A DNA stretch of 64,000 nucleotides from Podarcis bocagei. Its lineage: Eukaryota. Below, piece by piece: positions 1 through 13,433 of the stretch. The notes below the pieces were generated by a model that was not told the DNA's origin, searched no databases, and was given only the letters and a program-made list of their open reading frames with translations. Position 1 is the stretch's first letter. The number at the start of each line of letters is the position of its first letter. Where the stretch lies: NCBI GenBank assembly GCA_964188305.1, contig OZ076890.1. One strand, written 5' to 3'. The position numbers and the translations under genes are program-made.

Positions 1-611
1 AATAAATGTATTATTATTATTAGAGCAAGTTTGTAAGCTTCTGTGACTAATCATTCAACCTAGTCTATTTCTTTTTCTGAGTAAGACTTAAAAGTGTCTG
101 GAGCCCTCTTCAGGAATTTCTTGCCAAACACAAAAGGGTCTGCACCCTTAACAACATGTATACCTTCCAATGTAATACAAAAGTTGCTTCTCCATTAATA
201 AAACTTTTTCACAGGAGCTTTCTAGTGGGAGCAATTGGGGCATTATTGGGAAGGCCTGATAAGTCACCAAGAGAAGAAGATATTTAACTGAGAAAGTGAA
301 TAATGTGAAAAAGATAAATACCATAAATTATCTTATTTATTTGAGAAGCAAGTTTTTTATAACAGTAAACCCCTGTGAAAAAGTTTTGTTAACAAAGAAG
401 CAAGTTTTGCGACATAAAAATCTCCCGTAAAAATACGAAGATAAAATTCCATTGGAACAAGCCATTGCCTGCACAGATTGTTTTCATTTTTTAGAAACTC
501 ACACATGCAATTCCTTAGTTTAGTTGAATGTTTTTGCCGCTTTTCATGTTCAGCAGAGCCAACAGCTGCCCTTGACTACTTGGCATCTACTTTTATGGGT
601 TTCAACCCATC

Positions 612-1094
612 TTGAAGGACACTGACAAACTGGAACGTGTCCAGAGGAGGGCAACCAAAATGGTCAAAGGCCTGGAAACGATGCCTTATGAGGAATGGCT
701 AAGGGAGCTGGGCATGTTTAGCCTGGAGAAGAGGAGGTTAAGGGGTGATATGATAGCCATGTTCAAATATATAAAAGGATGTCACATAGAGGAGGGAGAA
801 AGGTTGTTTTCTGCTGCTCCAGAGAAGCGGACACGGAGCAATGGATCCAAACTACAAGAAAGAAGATTCCACCTAAACATTAGGAAGAACTTCCTGACAG
901 TAAGAGCTGTTTGACAGTGGAATTTGCTGCCAAGGAGTGTGGTGGAGTCTCCTTTTTTGGAGGTCTTTAAGCAGAGGCTTGACAACCATATGTCAGGAGT
1001 GCTCTGATAGTGTTTCCTGCTTGGCAGGGGGTTGGACTCGATGGCCCTTGTGGTCTCTTCCAACTCTATGATTCTATGATTCTATGATTCTATG
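612..1094 (+). mobile_element. 5'-truncated CR1 LINE (ORF2 C-terminus, 3' UTR, (ATTCTATG)n tail)
   Basis: ORF 612-914 [16 protein letters not shown]...[11 protein letters not shown]...RTRSNGSKL is the typical CR1 ORF2 C-terminus; ends in ATTCTATG repeats; near-perfect flanking repeat aacccatc (604-611) / aacctatc (1095-1102). Confidence 0.95.
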
Positions 1095-1821
1095 AACCTA
1101 TCAGTAATAGAGAAAGTCTGCATGCTTTCCTCTAGAACTTTAGATTAGTAAGTCAAATAAATATCTTTGCCCTCTAGGAGTACATCTTATACTATGTAAA
1201 AAGAAGAAATAAATAAGGAAAACCCACATTGTCATAGGCAATTTACAGTAAGTGTATTAAGTATGTGGCCAAGTCTGTTGTCTGGAATAACTGCCTCAGA
1301 AGCATTAGTCTTGCCTCAAAAGGGGGTGTATGATGCTGTAATTTCTTCGAAAAACAATTTCTGTATGTAGTTTCAATTTAAAAGCAAATTTTTCAGGAAC
1401 ATGTGAGAAATCAGACTTGTATGGTGAGCCTGTACACTGTTGTGTGTTTTTTAGCCCTATTACTTATCTTTAGGCCCATATATGCACCAATCAGCAGAAG
1501 TAGTTTGTGAACATTTATCTTTGTATTCGAGCTCTTCTGGAATCCAATTTCTCCTGATTACTATTGCCTCAGGCCATGTCCCATCTGCTCCAAAGGTAAA
1601 GAGAGTTCAGCACACACAGAGATATAGATATCAGGGGGTTTTTTTCATGTCAATACTATAGAGGTGGGTGGAGTTTGAAAGCATATTACTGTTCTCATAC
1701 AGAACTTCTATTGAAGTTTGCTAGGTATAGTTTTATCAGTGTTCCCAGTAATCTTCTAATCACCAAAGAGGGGGAAATGTGTCAGACAGGTATTGAAGCA
1801 CATTGGGGAGGATGTGTGTGA

Positions 1822-2112
1822 CAGGGATGAAGGAAAGGGGGTGGGTGGGTGCTGGCCGCCTTGGGTGTCACCGCAAGGGCTGCAGCACACCCAAGCCACG
1901 TGTCTCTCCTGGGAGAGACACGGTGGCTTGGGCTCGCACAGGCTTCGTGCTGCCCAAACGGTCCGCCCTCTACCTCTCCCCAGCTGTAGGGCGGCTGAGT
2001 GGGAGGAGGCAGGCAGACTCCAGAGGTCCTGTGGTGCACCCCGCCCCTATGGATGGCTTGCCCCGCCCCTGGGCACGCCGCCCATGCGCCCGAGCAGCTT
2101 CTTCCACTGCTG
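1822..2112. mobile_element. GC-rich non-autonomous DNA transposon, hAT-like
   Basis: CAG...CTG ends with degenerate TIR (cagggatgaagga / tcttccactgctg); 8-bp TSD gtgtgtga (1814-1821) / gtgtgtgt (2113-2120). Confidence 0.55.
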
Positions 2113-2881
2113 GTGTGTGTTCTTCTTTCAGAGCAATATTTTCCAAAATAATGGCATTAAAAATGACATTAAGACATTACTTACCATGTATGAATGGATC
2201 TGTAACAGATGGCCCAAGTCATGTGAAGTGGTGCCTGATAGAAGATAGAACAACCCATAATGTTAAGGTTCTGGGAGTGGTAGCATAATGAGTAGTCATA
2301 ACAGATCTTCATCAGTTGCTGTTCATGTTTTGTTTCTTCAAAGCAGAAACAAGGGATGGAGTCAGAAAGTCAGATGTCATCTCAACACATCCAGGGGCGA
2401 TCTGGAGCCAGAGTTGACAGGTGTCAGCAGATAGAGAAGAAGCAAGGCTGGGTTGAACAGTAATATGGCTCAGGGCAACAGCAAAGGCAGACACAGATTT
2501 AAGCAGCAGCCTATCACAAGGTTTTCTGATATTGTAGAGTTAGATATTTGCTCTTGCTTTCTCTAAGTCAACATTTCGACAGTTTCTGGGGCAATTAGTT
2601 TTCTTCAATCACCTGAGATCAGGGTGGCTAGCTGTGAGCTGCAAGGTAGAGGCAGCTGTTGGCAACTATGTTCCCACTAATCTGAAGATAAAGAATCAAA
2701 CATGACGCCTTGGGTATCAGATACAGATCCTTTAATCTCCTTCATGTGGCAGCACAGAGATAGCATTCCTGAGTTCCAGTGCTAGGAAAGGAATTTCAGG
2801 TGCTCAGTAAGAAAAAATCAGGGTAGTGCTACAACATGCTGATTCATTTTCCTTCCTCCTCTTCATCAACATTTTCCAGAC

Positions 2882-3108
2882 CAGGGGTAAACAACCTTTC
2901 TGGGACCATGGGCATATTTGCAAACTGGAGGAACTGTTGGAGGTACAGCATGCACCCTGCAACCAAGCAGACACCTCAACCTGTTCTATTGACTACAAGT
3001 GAATGCTTCTTCCAAGTCAAACTTTGGGTAGGGGAGGGAATCACATAGGCATCAGGGAAGGTCTATGGGACACATGAGCTCACATGAGCACTATGTTAGT
3101 GAACCCTG
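2882..3108. mobile_element. Old hAT-type MITE
   Basis: caggggtaaacaac ... gttagtgaaccctg termini; 8-bp TSD ttccagac / ctccaaac (6/8). Confidence 0.55.
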
Positions 3109-4389
3109 CTCCAAACAAACACTGGAAAACAATTGTTTCCATATCAGAGCTGGATTTCCATGTCTGAAGAACTCAGTATTTCCTCTGCTATGTTACTGAC
3201 CTAGTCCCCACCAGCAAACAAGTTATCACTGCTAACAGCACTGACTATCTGATAGAATTGAGTTCACAATTTTATATTGCTATCTTTCCCCCTGTAAATT
3301 GTTACTTTATTTCATTTCTACCTGGTCTGGGATTGAAATATTGAACGAAGAGTGGTTTATATAGGAAACAACAACAATTCTGATATAATGGTGAGAATCC
3401 CACATGAAAATTGTTTTTTGTGTGTGCAATGTTAGACTAAGGTTCAAGCTGACAAACCTATTTACTTAGAATAGTTCCTTTAAACCCCCAGCAACGTATT
3501 TTGGGGTAAACAATTTTATATTCTGTTATGATTGATAGCTGCAAATATACACTATTTTGATAACAATTGCATTATAAGAACACAAACCAAACAAACTCCA
3601 ACTTTTCATAACACAAAACATCATAGATAAATAAGGTCTGTATGCCCATGTACAAATATTGGCAACATGACTTGGCATTGGGCATTGTGTAGTTTCTTAC
3701 CCACTATTAAAGTATACACAAATATCAAGTTATTTGTTATATTGCTGTATTTATACTTTATATTTTCCTCTTATTTTCTTTTATTTTATTGATGTTTGAC
3801 ATTGCAAAGTATTCTGAGTTGCACTGTGGCATGCCTACTTTTAAAAAAGTGTTCAGCATGTAATAAAAGAATAGTTTTTAAGAGTCTGTGTAGGCACACA
3901 GCACATATTCCCTTTTCCTGACAGCTGTGCTATAGGTAGATCAATTCCTTCACCATAAACCTTTCATTTTGAAAGCTTGATACAATTCAGTCAAATGAGT
4001 AAGCACTATATCTCCTCCCACTGTAATGCTGAAAGAGACCTAACCTTGCTTGAAAACTCTGCACTGAGTATGTCAAATATGTACATAAAGCAGAAGCATA
4101 TTGAGTCAGAAATTAACTGCTTCCTAATCCATATTTCTCACATCCCTTTTGAAAGCTGCACTGACTCACTCATAATAAGCTATTTTCTTCCCTGGAATTT
4201 GGCCTGGTTTGCAGTGCCCTGGGCAGTATTTAAGTGATTCTGAGTATAACTTTCTAATAACTGCTTTTAGTTTACATATCTTCCTAGAACATAGACATTT
4301 TTTGTGCTCCTGTGAAGGTTCAGGGTTGAACAGTGCTTCTGTGAAGGTACGATTTGTGTGCCATTGTCAAAAGATTGAAAAGCCATACT

Positions 4390-4870
4390 AGCTTAGATGC
4401 TTTAACTCCTTTTTAAAAGAGAGTTAGGCAAATTCATCATACGCAGTGCTGGTACCAGGCTATTTTGTGCCATAGGCAAGGGTGACTACTTGCACCCCCC
4501 CCCCAAATGGTTAACTTCAATTGTCAGAAACAGGTGTCTTGTAGAAATGACACAATATTAAAGAAAAGAAAAATATTATCTAAAATTTATAACAAAAAAT
4601 AATCTGTATAAAATCATGCTCCGCAAAGGTCAGTACTGTGCCTCTCTGAGGTCTGTGCCTTGGGCAACTGCCTAGTTGGTCTAATGATAGCACTGGCTAT
4701 AAGCAATATCCAGGTTCAGATGTGCCTTGCCTCTGACCACCAACTGCTCGGGAGCAACAGCAGGAGAAGGCTCTTGCCCTTACATCCTGCCTGTGGGCTT
4801 CCCACTGTGGATAACAGGAAATTGGATTAGATGCACCTTTGGTGAGTTTCAACAGCATTCCTCTTACGTG
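4390..4870 (+). mobile_element. Old CR1 3' end interrupted by a DNA transposon (4444-4695)
   Basis: CR1-like ...tttaaaagagagttaggcaaattcat continues after 4695 as a CR1-type 3' UTR similar to 8955-9110 and 54310-54470; insert has cagtgct / agcactg inverted ends. Confidence 0.5.
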
Positions 4871-6284
4871 TGATTGAAATTCTCTGTGGGCTACAGTACT
4901 TGCGATTGCTTGATGACAACAGTGCTTTTTGGAATCATAGGCATTGTGGAAACCATAGCAGCCATGTAGTATGGTGGGGTCAGTTCACCTAACAGTGCTT
5001 CTCTGTCAGTGCACCTAATCGTAGCTCCCATCTGTTTCTGAGGCGGGAACATGGGTTTTGGCCCTGGGAAGGTATACAATATACACTTACTAGAAAACAA
5101 TTGTGTTGTTGTATATAAGCCAAATTTTGAAGCTGACTAATTCCCTCAATGAACGTCAATCCAAAGCTTCTGAGAGAAGTTCTAGTCATTGTGCTAATGC
5201 ACATCAAGAGCAAAGGAGGGCCAGGGGCAGAAAGTCAGGCACCATCTTGACACCAAGGGGCAGTCCAGAGTCTGAGTTGAAAGGAGTGTGGAGACGGAGA
5301 AGAAGCAAGTGTAATTAGGAAATAAAACACCTTCAGTACTCTTACTTGAACAGATCCTGCTATTCCTCCTACTCCCCAAACTGGGGCTATGAGTCATCCT
5401 CCTTGAAACCCAGTTTAAGGCTCGGATCACCATTTCTGTAGTGAGGCTGTGGCTCTGCAATAAGGGCAATAAGAGAAGGCTGGGCTCCTTCCTTTATGCC
5501 AAGGTTGGCCAGACAAGACACCTCTGCCTTTTCCAGGTGTTAGTGCTGGGTTTTCTCCTACATTTGGGACTCTCCCTGAGCTACATCCCTTTGCCCCAGG
5601 CAACATGGACAGTTTCTAAATTCTTTGCTTCAAAATGCTTCAATGCTTCAAAAGTTAAATCAGCAATGCCACTGAGAAGGACAGAATTGCATGTTATTTA
5701 ACAGAGCAGAACAATTTATAGAGCAGCAATATGGACATTCTTTGACAGACTGGGTGTCTCCATTTAGAATGTAATCCTGCTTAATGTGCCTGCATAATAA
5801 GAGCTATAAAATACAGCCAGCCTGCTTCATTGTATCTAGTCTTTAGCGATATTTGTTTTATTGTTCAGGAACAGTTTACAATGATCACATTCCCATTGTT
5901 TCTGGGGAAAGTGTTGAGCCTAAAGAATGTCATGGCAACCTATTCACTTCTGCTTAAGGAGCATAGACACATAATGTCTAATCTAACTATATTTTACAAA
6001 ACTCAGTAAACTCCTAGAACACTCAGAATACACACACACACACACACACACACACACCAATGAGGTGCTTCAATTGGCTTTTGCATTTTCTGCTTCATAA
6101 TTCAGATGTAAAATCTACACTATATACTGCTATTGTTTACATGGCTTAGACAGTCATATATAAATTGTATATAAAACATTCTAAATAATATAATGTAAAT
6201 TCAGATGTGCATTATTTATTTATTTTAAGAAACACTTTATTCCTTTCTGTACTGCTTTAGACAGAATTTGCTAACATGTTGATG

Positions 6285-6374
6285 GTCTACACTTCCCACC
6301 ATCCCTGTGTTGGCTTGGGCTGATGGGATTTGGAGTCCAACAACATCTGGAGGTACAAAGTTAACCAGCCCTGC
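6285..6374. mobile_element. Truncated copy of the palindromic hAT MITE family seen at 7670
   Basis: Shares cccaccatccctg...gatgggatttggagtccaacaacatctggagg...ccctg with the 7670 and 57264 copies. Confidence 0.6.
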
Positions 6375-7450
6375 ATTAGAACTTTCAATAGATGAAGGCT
6401 GCAGCCCCAAGCATACCTCCTTTCAGTCTTAAATCCTAATGGAATCAATGGGATTAATTTCTGAGTAAATCTGTTTAGGGTGTAAGACATTTGTGGTGTC
6501 AGTTGTGAGACTTATCTGGAATAAGTTCCTGAAATCACACCTGGCACTTTAATTATTTGCAGAAAACATTATCTGGCTTAGTCCAAATGAGATGGTAAGC
6601 TGGGTACGGTTAAAGTATATAGTCAACTGAAGAAGAGAAGCTAATACCAGACATGAGAAGCAGGAAAAGCAGTAAAGCATCGGAGGCAGTGCAGAGGTCT
6701 ATGAATCAAGAAAGTTGTGTTTAATGTAAAATTTAAAGGGCACACCAACTGCAATACTAAAATTAGGGCATAGTAGTCAGCTTAAAAAGCACCTAAAGCA
6801 AGGGGGAGGGGAACTACTTTTACACACAAGTTTTTGGTATTACTCTGCCACAGGCGCACTTACAATTGGCTCTTCTTTTTCCTTGTGCTTATTCTTCATT
6901 ATAACAACATGAGACTTCACATTTATAAAAATATAAATTAATATCTATGTAAACAACACTGGTACCTACAATTCAAAGTGCTAATTTTAACCTTTATGAG
7001 CCTCAAATGCCTTTTTTTCTACAAACAATGGAATTTTCACATAATTACCATCATCTGCTAAGGTACCTTTTCTCATCTGCTGTCCACACAAAATCACAAG
7101 AAGACTGCCAATCAAGTCCTCAGCTGTCCATTCTTTTTACAAGTTTATGATCCCACTACATGTATGGCTAGTGGCTCCAAAGTTAAAACTAACAATGGGC
7201 ACAGGGGATAGCCATGCCTCGTCCTTCACTGGAGAACTATATGTTTGAAATCCAAATAATTCTGATTTTGGTCACCAAGTTTTATTTTGTTGACCTGTGT
7301 GTGTTTGTTTAGTTAGGCACTTATGCAATAGTGTGCAGTTGTAAGAGCGACTGAGGATGCTAGGAGAGGGAGAATGAAGTTTCATGCCTGGTGGTGTGAA
7401 TTTTGCCACCAACCTTGGATGTGAGAAAGCAGGGGATTGGGTGTAGTATT

Positions 7451-7472
7451 ACACACACACAGAGAGAGAGAG

Positions 7473-7527
<55 letters not shown>
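7451..7527. repeat. (CA)n/(GA)n compound microsatellite
   Basis: Direct observation. Confidence 0.95.
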
Positions 7528-7531
<4 letters not shown>

Positions 7532-7669
7532 TACAGTGTGAGCTTAATTAGTATTTTTGCCTCCTAGCTTTTGCCTCCTGTGTGAGAGGCACTGGTTTTT
7601 GCCCCAGGGTGAAAGCCTATTGGTGGAAACTGCCCCGCTGGATGCAAAAAGGTATTGGTGCATCTACAC

Positions 7670-7805
7670 CAGGTATAGGCAAACTCAGCCCTCCAGATGT
7701 TTTGGGACTACAACTCCCATCATCCCTGACCACTGGTCCTGTTGGTTAGGGATCATGCGAGTTGTAGTCCCAAAACATCTGGAGGGTTGAGTTTGCCTAT
7801 GCCTG
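7670..7805. mobile_element. Palindromic hAT MITE (136 bp)
   Basis: Nearly fully self-complementary (caggtataggcaaactca ... tgagtttgcctatgcctg); 8-bp TSD atctacac / atctacat. Confidence 0.9.
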
Positions 7806-8725
7806 ATCTACATACCAAGGGGAAGCTTTGTTTCTTTTTCTTTTTTTGCTGTGTCTTTGCCACAGAGCTAACTGTTGTTCCTAATATCATTCAAATTATC
7901 GGTTAGCTGGGAGCCTGTACTTATTGTAAATGTGAATGACATGTGTGTTAAAGAGTGATAGGAAGAATGGATTAATGTGAGTTGGTGTGTGAGTGCAGCG
8001 GGATGCTGTGAGTATGGTGTAGATGGTTGCACTCTGTCCCCCTTTCTGGTTTCTTAATCAATCCCAATGCACCTGGCTGCTATTCCACTGAGCTTCCTGC
8101 TCAGTAGTGCTGTTACTCAATGCCAGGTCCATTTGGAACAAGACTGCACTCATTCATAATTTGATCATGGAGGAGGAAGCCAATCTGTCATGCATTACTG
8201 AGACCTGATTAGATTAGCTGTGTGGGCCAGAATTCACGGAGCTTTACCCAGCTGGGAACTCTGTGCAGAACCAGGCCAGACTTGAGGAATGGTGGTGGTG
8301 ATGGTGGGGATTATTGTGCTGATCTTGAGAGATTATAGCTGATTGAGGGAATTGGCAAGTATCTCATTGGTAAAGATGTTCAATTGGTCAAGATGCTGGG
8401 ACACTTGAAATTCACTTATAAAGTCAATTAAATTTCCTGAGTGGGGCTGGGCTGCAATTTCATTAGTAATTATTTTTTTAAAAAAAGAATCTTGTATCTG
8501 TTTGGCTATAATGATCTAAGTTTATGCTGACCTTAAGAGCCACCTTGAATGTGAGGTTGATGTTGGTATCTTCTATGGTTTATCAGGTGTTGAGGTTGTG
8601 CAGTACAAGGCATGTTATGATTATGGAGTTGGCACTGAGGGAATGGAAATAATTCCCCCTCTTAATGTTGGTGGTATAATCCCCCCCCCAAAAAAAAATT
8701 AAACAAATAGTGCCTCCAAAATGAG

Positions 8726-8953
8726 GAGTTTGGATTTGATATCCCACTTTATCACTACCCGAAGGAGTCTCAAAGTGGCTAACATTCTCCTTTCCCTTCC
8801 TCCCCCACAACAAACACTCTGTGAGGTGCGTGAGGCTGAGAGACTTCAGAGAAGTGTGACTGGCCCAAGGTCACCCAGCAGCAGCATGTGGAGGAGCGGG
8901 GAAGCGAACCCAGTTCACCAGATTACGAGTCCACCGCTCTAATCACTACACCA
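8726..8953 (-). mobile_element. tRNA-derived SINE (Squam3-like) inserted in an old CR1 3' UTR
   Basis: Minus strand begins tggtgtagtgatt (A box) ... gggttcgcttccc (B box) and ends in a tccaaac-type tail; flanks tgcctccaaaatgagg / agtgttctgcctctgaataccag read as a split CR1 UTR. Confidence 0.8.
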
Positions 8954-8954
8954 T

Positions 8955-9110
8955 AGTGTTCTGCCTCTGAATACCAGCTGTTGGGAGCTGCAGGTGGGGA
9001 GAGAGCCATTCTGGTAATGGCCTGCTTGCAGGCTTTTCAAAGGCATCTGTTGGGCCACTGTGAGAACAGGCTGTTGGTCTAGATAAGCCTTTTGCTACTC
9101 GTCTTATTTT
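8955..9110 (+). mobile_element. Old CR1 3' UTR fragment
   Basis: ctctgaataccagctgttggg...ggccactgtgagaacagg...ctagat motif is shared with 54310-54470. Confidence 0.6.
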
Positions 9111-10132
9111 TAACACAGTGACAACTCCACTGAAAAGCAAAGGTGACGGCAGCATCTGTGCCCAAGTGAATGAAGAAGCTTCCTGAAAGCTAGGCAAATT
9201 TCTGTTGAACAAACAAATTTGTGTGTAGCTGAAAACAACTCCTAGAGAGCACAGATGGATGGTAATAAAAAAGCATTGCTATTGATAGGTAAGGAAGAAA
9301 GAAAGAAAAGACTAAGAACCGTAGGTATCTCTATTTGTGTTTAAAATTATGCCTGCAAAAAAAAAAGCAATGCGCAATTTAGGTTTAAATATCTCTGCAG
9401 GACTAATGACTTATTTACCTTTTGTTGACTACAGTGTGTCATTGTGATCTTATCACATTTGGAATAATTAGTATCTCAAGTGCCGTTACAAATGCACACC
9501 ACTGATAAATATAAAAAGCAATGGGAGCCTTCAGAACAAAGCAGCAGCATTCACAAATAGTGCTATTTCTAAAGCAAGCATAAGATAAGAAAGATGAATA
9601 TCCATGGGGACATTTTCAGCAAGGCACTTAGGGAATTAAACAAATGACTCCTGTTACTTTGTAATGTGCTAAAGGAATCTATTCCTGATAATTTTCTTCC
9701 TACCTGAGCAATGTGGACATAATAGAAAATCCTTGCAACTTCTGTATTATGAATCCCTATGAAAAGGTAGTGAGCACGACCCTGGTGGGTCTATGATATT
9801 CTAATATGAGATACTCTTAAGGTAAAAAATAATAATAAAATGCAGGCAGAAAATGGGGTGAAATCGTGACTACATCATTTGCTAATGCTACCTTTGCCCC
9901 CAAATAGATGGAATAACAATGGTGCTTTCAGAATCATTTGTTCAAGGCCAACCTGTCTTTTCTATCCATTCTAAAAAAACTAGCACTAATGCTCCATGAA
10001 TTTGAGCTTGTTCAATTCCAGCAAGGGATCACAGAAAGACAGAATGCTCTTGCTTGAGTGAAAAATATAATAAGGAAAGCCAGATAAACATCAGAATCAT
10101 ACAACAGATGTAGACAAGAAAACACTAAAGGA

Positions 10133-10179
<47 letters not shown>
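10133..10179. repeat. (ATT)n microsatellite
   Basis: Direct observation. Confidence 0.95.
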
Positions 10180-10180
<1 letters not shown>

Positions 10181-10195
10181 TCCAGCAATTTCCAG

Positions 10196-10542
10196 CCTTG
10201 GCCCAATATACCTGAAGGAGTGTCTCCACCACCATTGTTCTGTCCAGTCACTGAGGTCCAGCACTGAGGGCCTTCTGGCGGTTCCCTCACTGCGAGAAGC
10301 AAGGTTACACGGAACCAGGCAGAGGGCCTTCTTGGTTGTGGTGCCCGCCCTATGGAACGCCTTCCTATCAGATGTCAAAGAAAAAAATAACTATCAGACT
10401 TTTAGAAGACAACTGAAGGCAGCCCTGTTTAGGGAAGCTTTTAATATTTGATGAATCATTGTATTTTAATATTCTGCTGGAAGCCACCCAGAGCGGCTGG
10501 GAAAACCCAGCCAGATGGGCGGGGTATAAATAAATTATTATT
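10196..10542 (+). mobile_element. L2-clade LINE 3' end (young)
   Basis: Encodes an L2-type ORF2 tail (GPIYLKECL...TRQRAFLVVVPALWNAF) followed by ...gatgggcggggtataaataaattattatt terminus. Confidence 0.85.
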
Positions 10543-13115
10543 CTATACCCTGACTCAAAATCTAACTTGTTTGGAAGTCTACCCTCATTTCTACCTGGAC
10601 TTCCCTTTTTCACCCAGAGATTGCAATTCTTACACATTCTAATTTACCTTGCTGGTTATTGATCTCCAAATTGTAAGGTTTCAGCACTCTAACTTGGTGC
10701 TGAACTACTTGGCATCAGGCTTCCCAGCTGCTCTGTGAACAGCTAAACTGAAGAGAGGGAGATGGTGACCACTCTTCTTCTGCAAATACTGGTTCACCTT
10801 ATGTCATTAAAGCTGAACTGATGATGAGAATGGAAGATGTAGTAGGCAGAGACCTTCAGTGCTGAGAAAGAAATTGCATGAGTTAAGGTGTCAGAAGAAG
10901 ATGACACAAAATTTAGTAACACTCACTTGGCCTGAGCTGGAAGCATGGCTTCATATCAGTAGGAAGGAGGGAGAATTTTATTTAGGTGTCTGCACTTTAT
11001 TATCCTTTGGACTTTGCACTTCCCAAAATTTTGTGATTTAATTGTCAGAAAAAAAAGGATTTTAGGGTAAAATACGTTTCAAAATGCATACATTCAGATA
11101 AAATTCATTATTTCAATAAATAAATATGAATTTTCATACAGACTTTTAAAAATGAAATCTCAAAGGTTAGTGACAAAATGGGGCAGAATGGACTTATGAT
11201 TGAACATGTGCAAAATGGACATGGACTAAATAAAGACAGATTCATCCATCCCTATTCCAGGCTAAGTTTGGATACAAAACAAAGATAAAAGATTCAAGTA
11301 GACCCTAGTTTAAATTAGAGCCCATGCAGATCTTATTCCAGCTAACTCTGCAAATGAGATGTCTGTCTGTTCATCAGAAGAAGAACCCATCAAAAATTTC
11401 CTCTAATCTTACAGGAATAGCAAAATTATGGTTTGTCCTCTCCACTCCCCCCAAATGCATGTAGACCATTTGTGTTAACAGTTATTTCTTTGGGCTGGCC
11501 AGTTATAGCAGCCCTTCATAAGTAACAGATTCAGAACCATTGACTATGCCACATGAAACTAGTGTCTTCACATTTGTGTTTTGGTATGTTCAAGTATTCT
11601 GCATCAGTCCTGCTTTATTGTAAGTAAATTATGACGTTAAAAAGAGGCTTGCTGAACAAGTAATCAGAGAAGCGTTTTCTTGTGCAGATGGCATCAGAAA
11701 ACAAGATAACATTTTGAAGCACAGAAATAGGTAACTGAAATTGACCTAATAAAGTAATACCTTCAGGAGTGTCTACTGAGCAGAGTTTAATGTCTGGAGT
11801 GCGGCAGCTATAATTTCCCCATCTCTTATCATTAGAGCATGCTGTGACTCCTCACCCCCATATTAATATATTTAGAAAGCATCCACTGGGTGTATATGTA
11901 TATGTGTGTGTGTGAGTGTGAGTGAGAGAGAAAGAGAGAGTGTATGTATATCAGGATATGATATCACAGTGAGCAGAAGATGTATTTGGAATTGTCCATC
12001 CAGAAACTAACTGGTAAAAAAATAATTTAATTACTTGTCATCTGATGGCTTAAAATGAACGAAGTTGATTATTGTGGTTTCCTTTATAGCTTTAATTAGA
12101 TGAGGTTTTTAAAAAATTTAATATCATCTTGGTCTTTTCTTGAGCCTTCCAAAAGAAAGAAACTGTCTAATTCACTTGAATATCAATGTGGAATGATAAT
12201 GTTTGCTGTGTGGTGATGGAAATAATAGTTTAATTTTTTTAAATAGTGGGTTATTTGCAATAGGAATGGGCTTAGGGCTGCACACTAGTGAGGATGGGGC
12301 CATATCTGAAAAGTGGGTGGATCCAGATTAAACAATCTCAGATGAAAACAAGTGAACAATTAGAACAGCGTTTTAAAATCCTTTCCATTCCTTTTTAATG
12401 TTAAAATTGATATTAGGGCACGCATCATGACGGGCATTGCAAGCAGGCTCTCAGGGAACATAGGGCAGATACAGAAATATACGCTTCCTAAAATCCTTAT
12501 TGAATACTTCATTTTGTACTTCTCCTTCCTTCTTACATTATTTTATTTGTTTCCTTTTATTTGCCCACCTTCCCTCCTCCTTGCATTACAGTATTTTTCT
12601 CCTTCAGAGCACAGAGCTGTCATGGCTGCAGCTGATGCTTTCAGTCTGATGCACTGAATTCAATGGACTGAGTTTGATGTACTGAAAACAGCAGCAGGCA
12701 ACAATAGAGTGACCTAGGCAGGGTGCTGAACAGGTGCCCTGCTTGTCACTTCTACGGTCAGAAGAAGGGAGACAACAGCAAAAGCCAGCAAGGAACAACA
12801 AGATCAGCATGAAGCTCAGTGGATAAATCAACCAGAAGTTAAGTTGGGGGGGGGCAGCTGGGAAGTCAGGCTTCTGAGCAGCAGTAAATTAACTGGTGTC
12901 AACTGCAGTGGTACTTTTTGTGGAAGAAGAAGGCATTCAAGCAATGGACCACGTGGGACAAGGACTGTCAGTTGCCAGTGTAATTGACACAGTCATCAAT
13001 AGTTATCATGGGATGTTTTGCCTCTTTTCAGAGTCACAGGGGACACCCCCCCCCCATTTTTTTTATTCATTCATTAAAAAAAACACCATTGACATAGGAC
13101 ACTAAAGTCCTAGGA

Positions 13116-13433
13116 CATGGGTAGGCAAACTAAGGCTGGGGGCCGGATCTGGCCCAATTTCCTTCTAAATCCGGCCTGTGGATGGTCTGGGAATTAGCAT
13201 GTTTTTACATGATTAGAATGTGTCCTTTTATTTAAAATGCACCTCTGGTTTATTTGTGGGGCCTGCCTGGTGTTTTTACATGAGTAGAATGTGTGCTTTT
13301 ATTTAAAATGCATCTCTGGGTTATGTGTGGGGCATAGGAATTCGTTCATTCTCCCCCCAAATATAGTCCACCCCCCCCCAAGTTCTGAGGGACAGTGAAC
13401 CGGCCCCCTGTTGAAAAAGTTTGCTGACCCCTG
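13116..13433. mobile_element. hAT MITE with internal ~70-bp tandem duplication
   Basis: TIR catgggtaggcaaact / agtttgctgacccctg; perfect 8-bp TSD tcctagga (13108-13115, 13434-13441); unit tgtttttacatga.tagaatgtgt...gtggggc occurs twice (~13200-13262, ~13271-13333). Confidence 0.92.

Noticed and set aside
1793-2288. Overlapping 151-aa and 161-aa ORFs
   Set aside because: Arise from a GC-rich MITE (1822-2112) with few stops; no protein motifs.
10012-10378. ORFs with poly-Ile and poly-Asn runs
   Set aside because: Translation of an (ATT)n microsatellite plus antisense L2.
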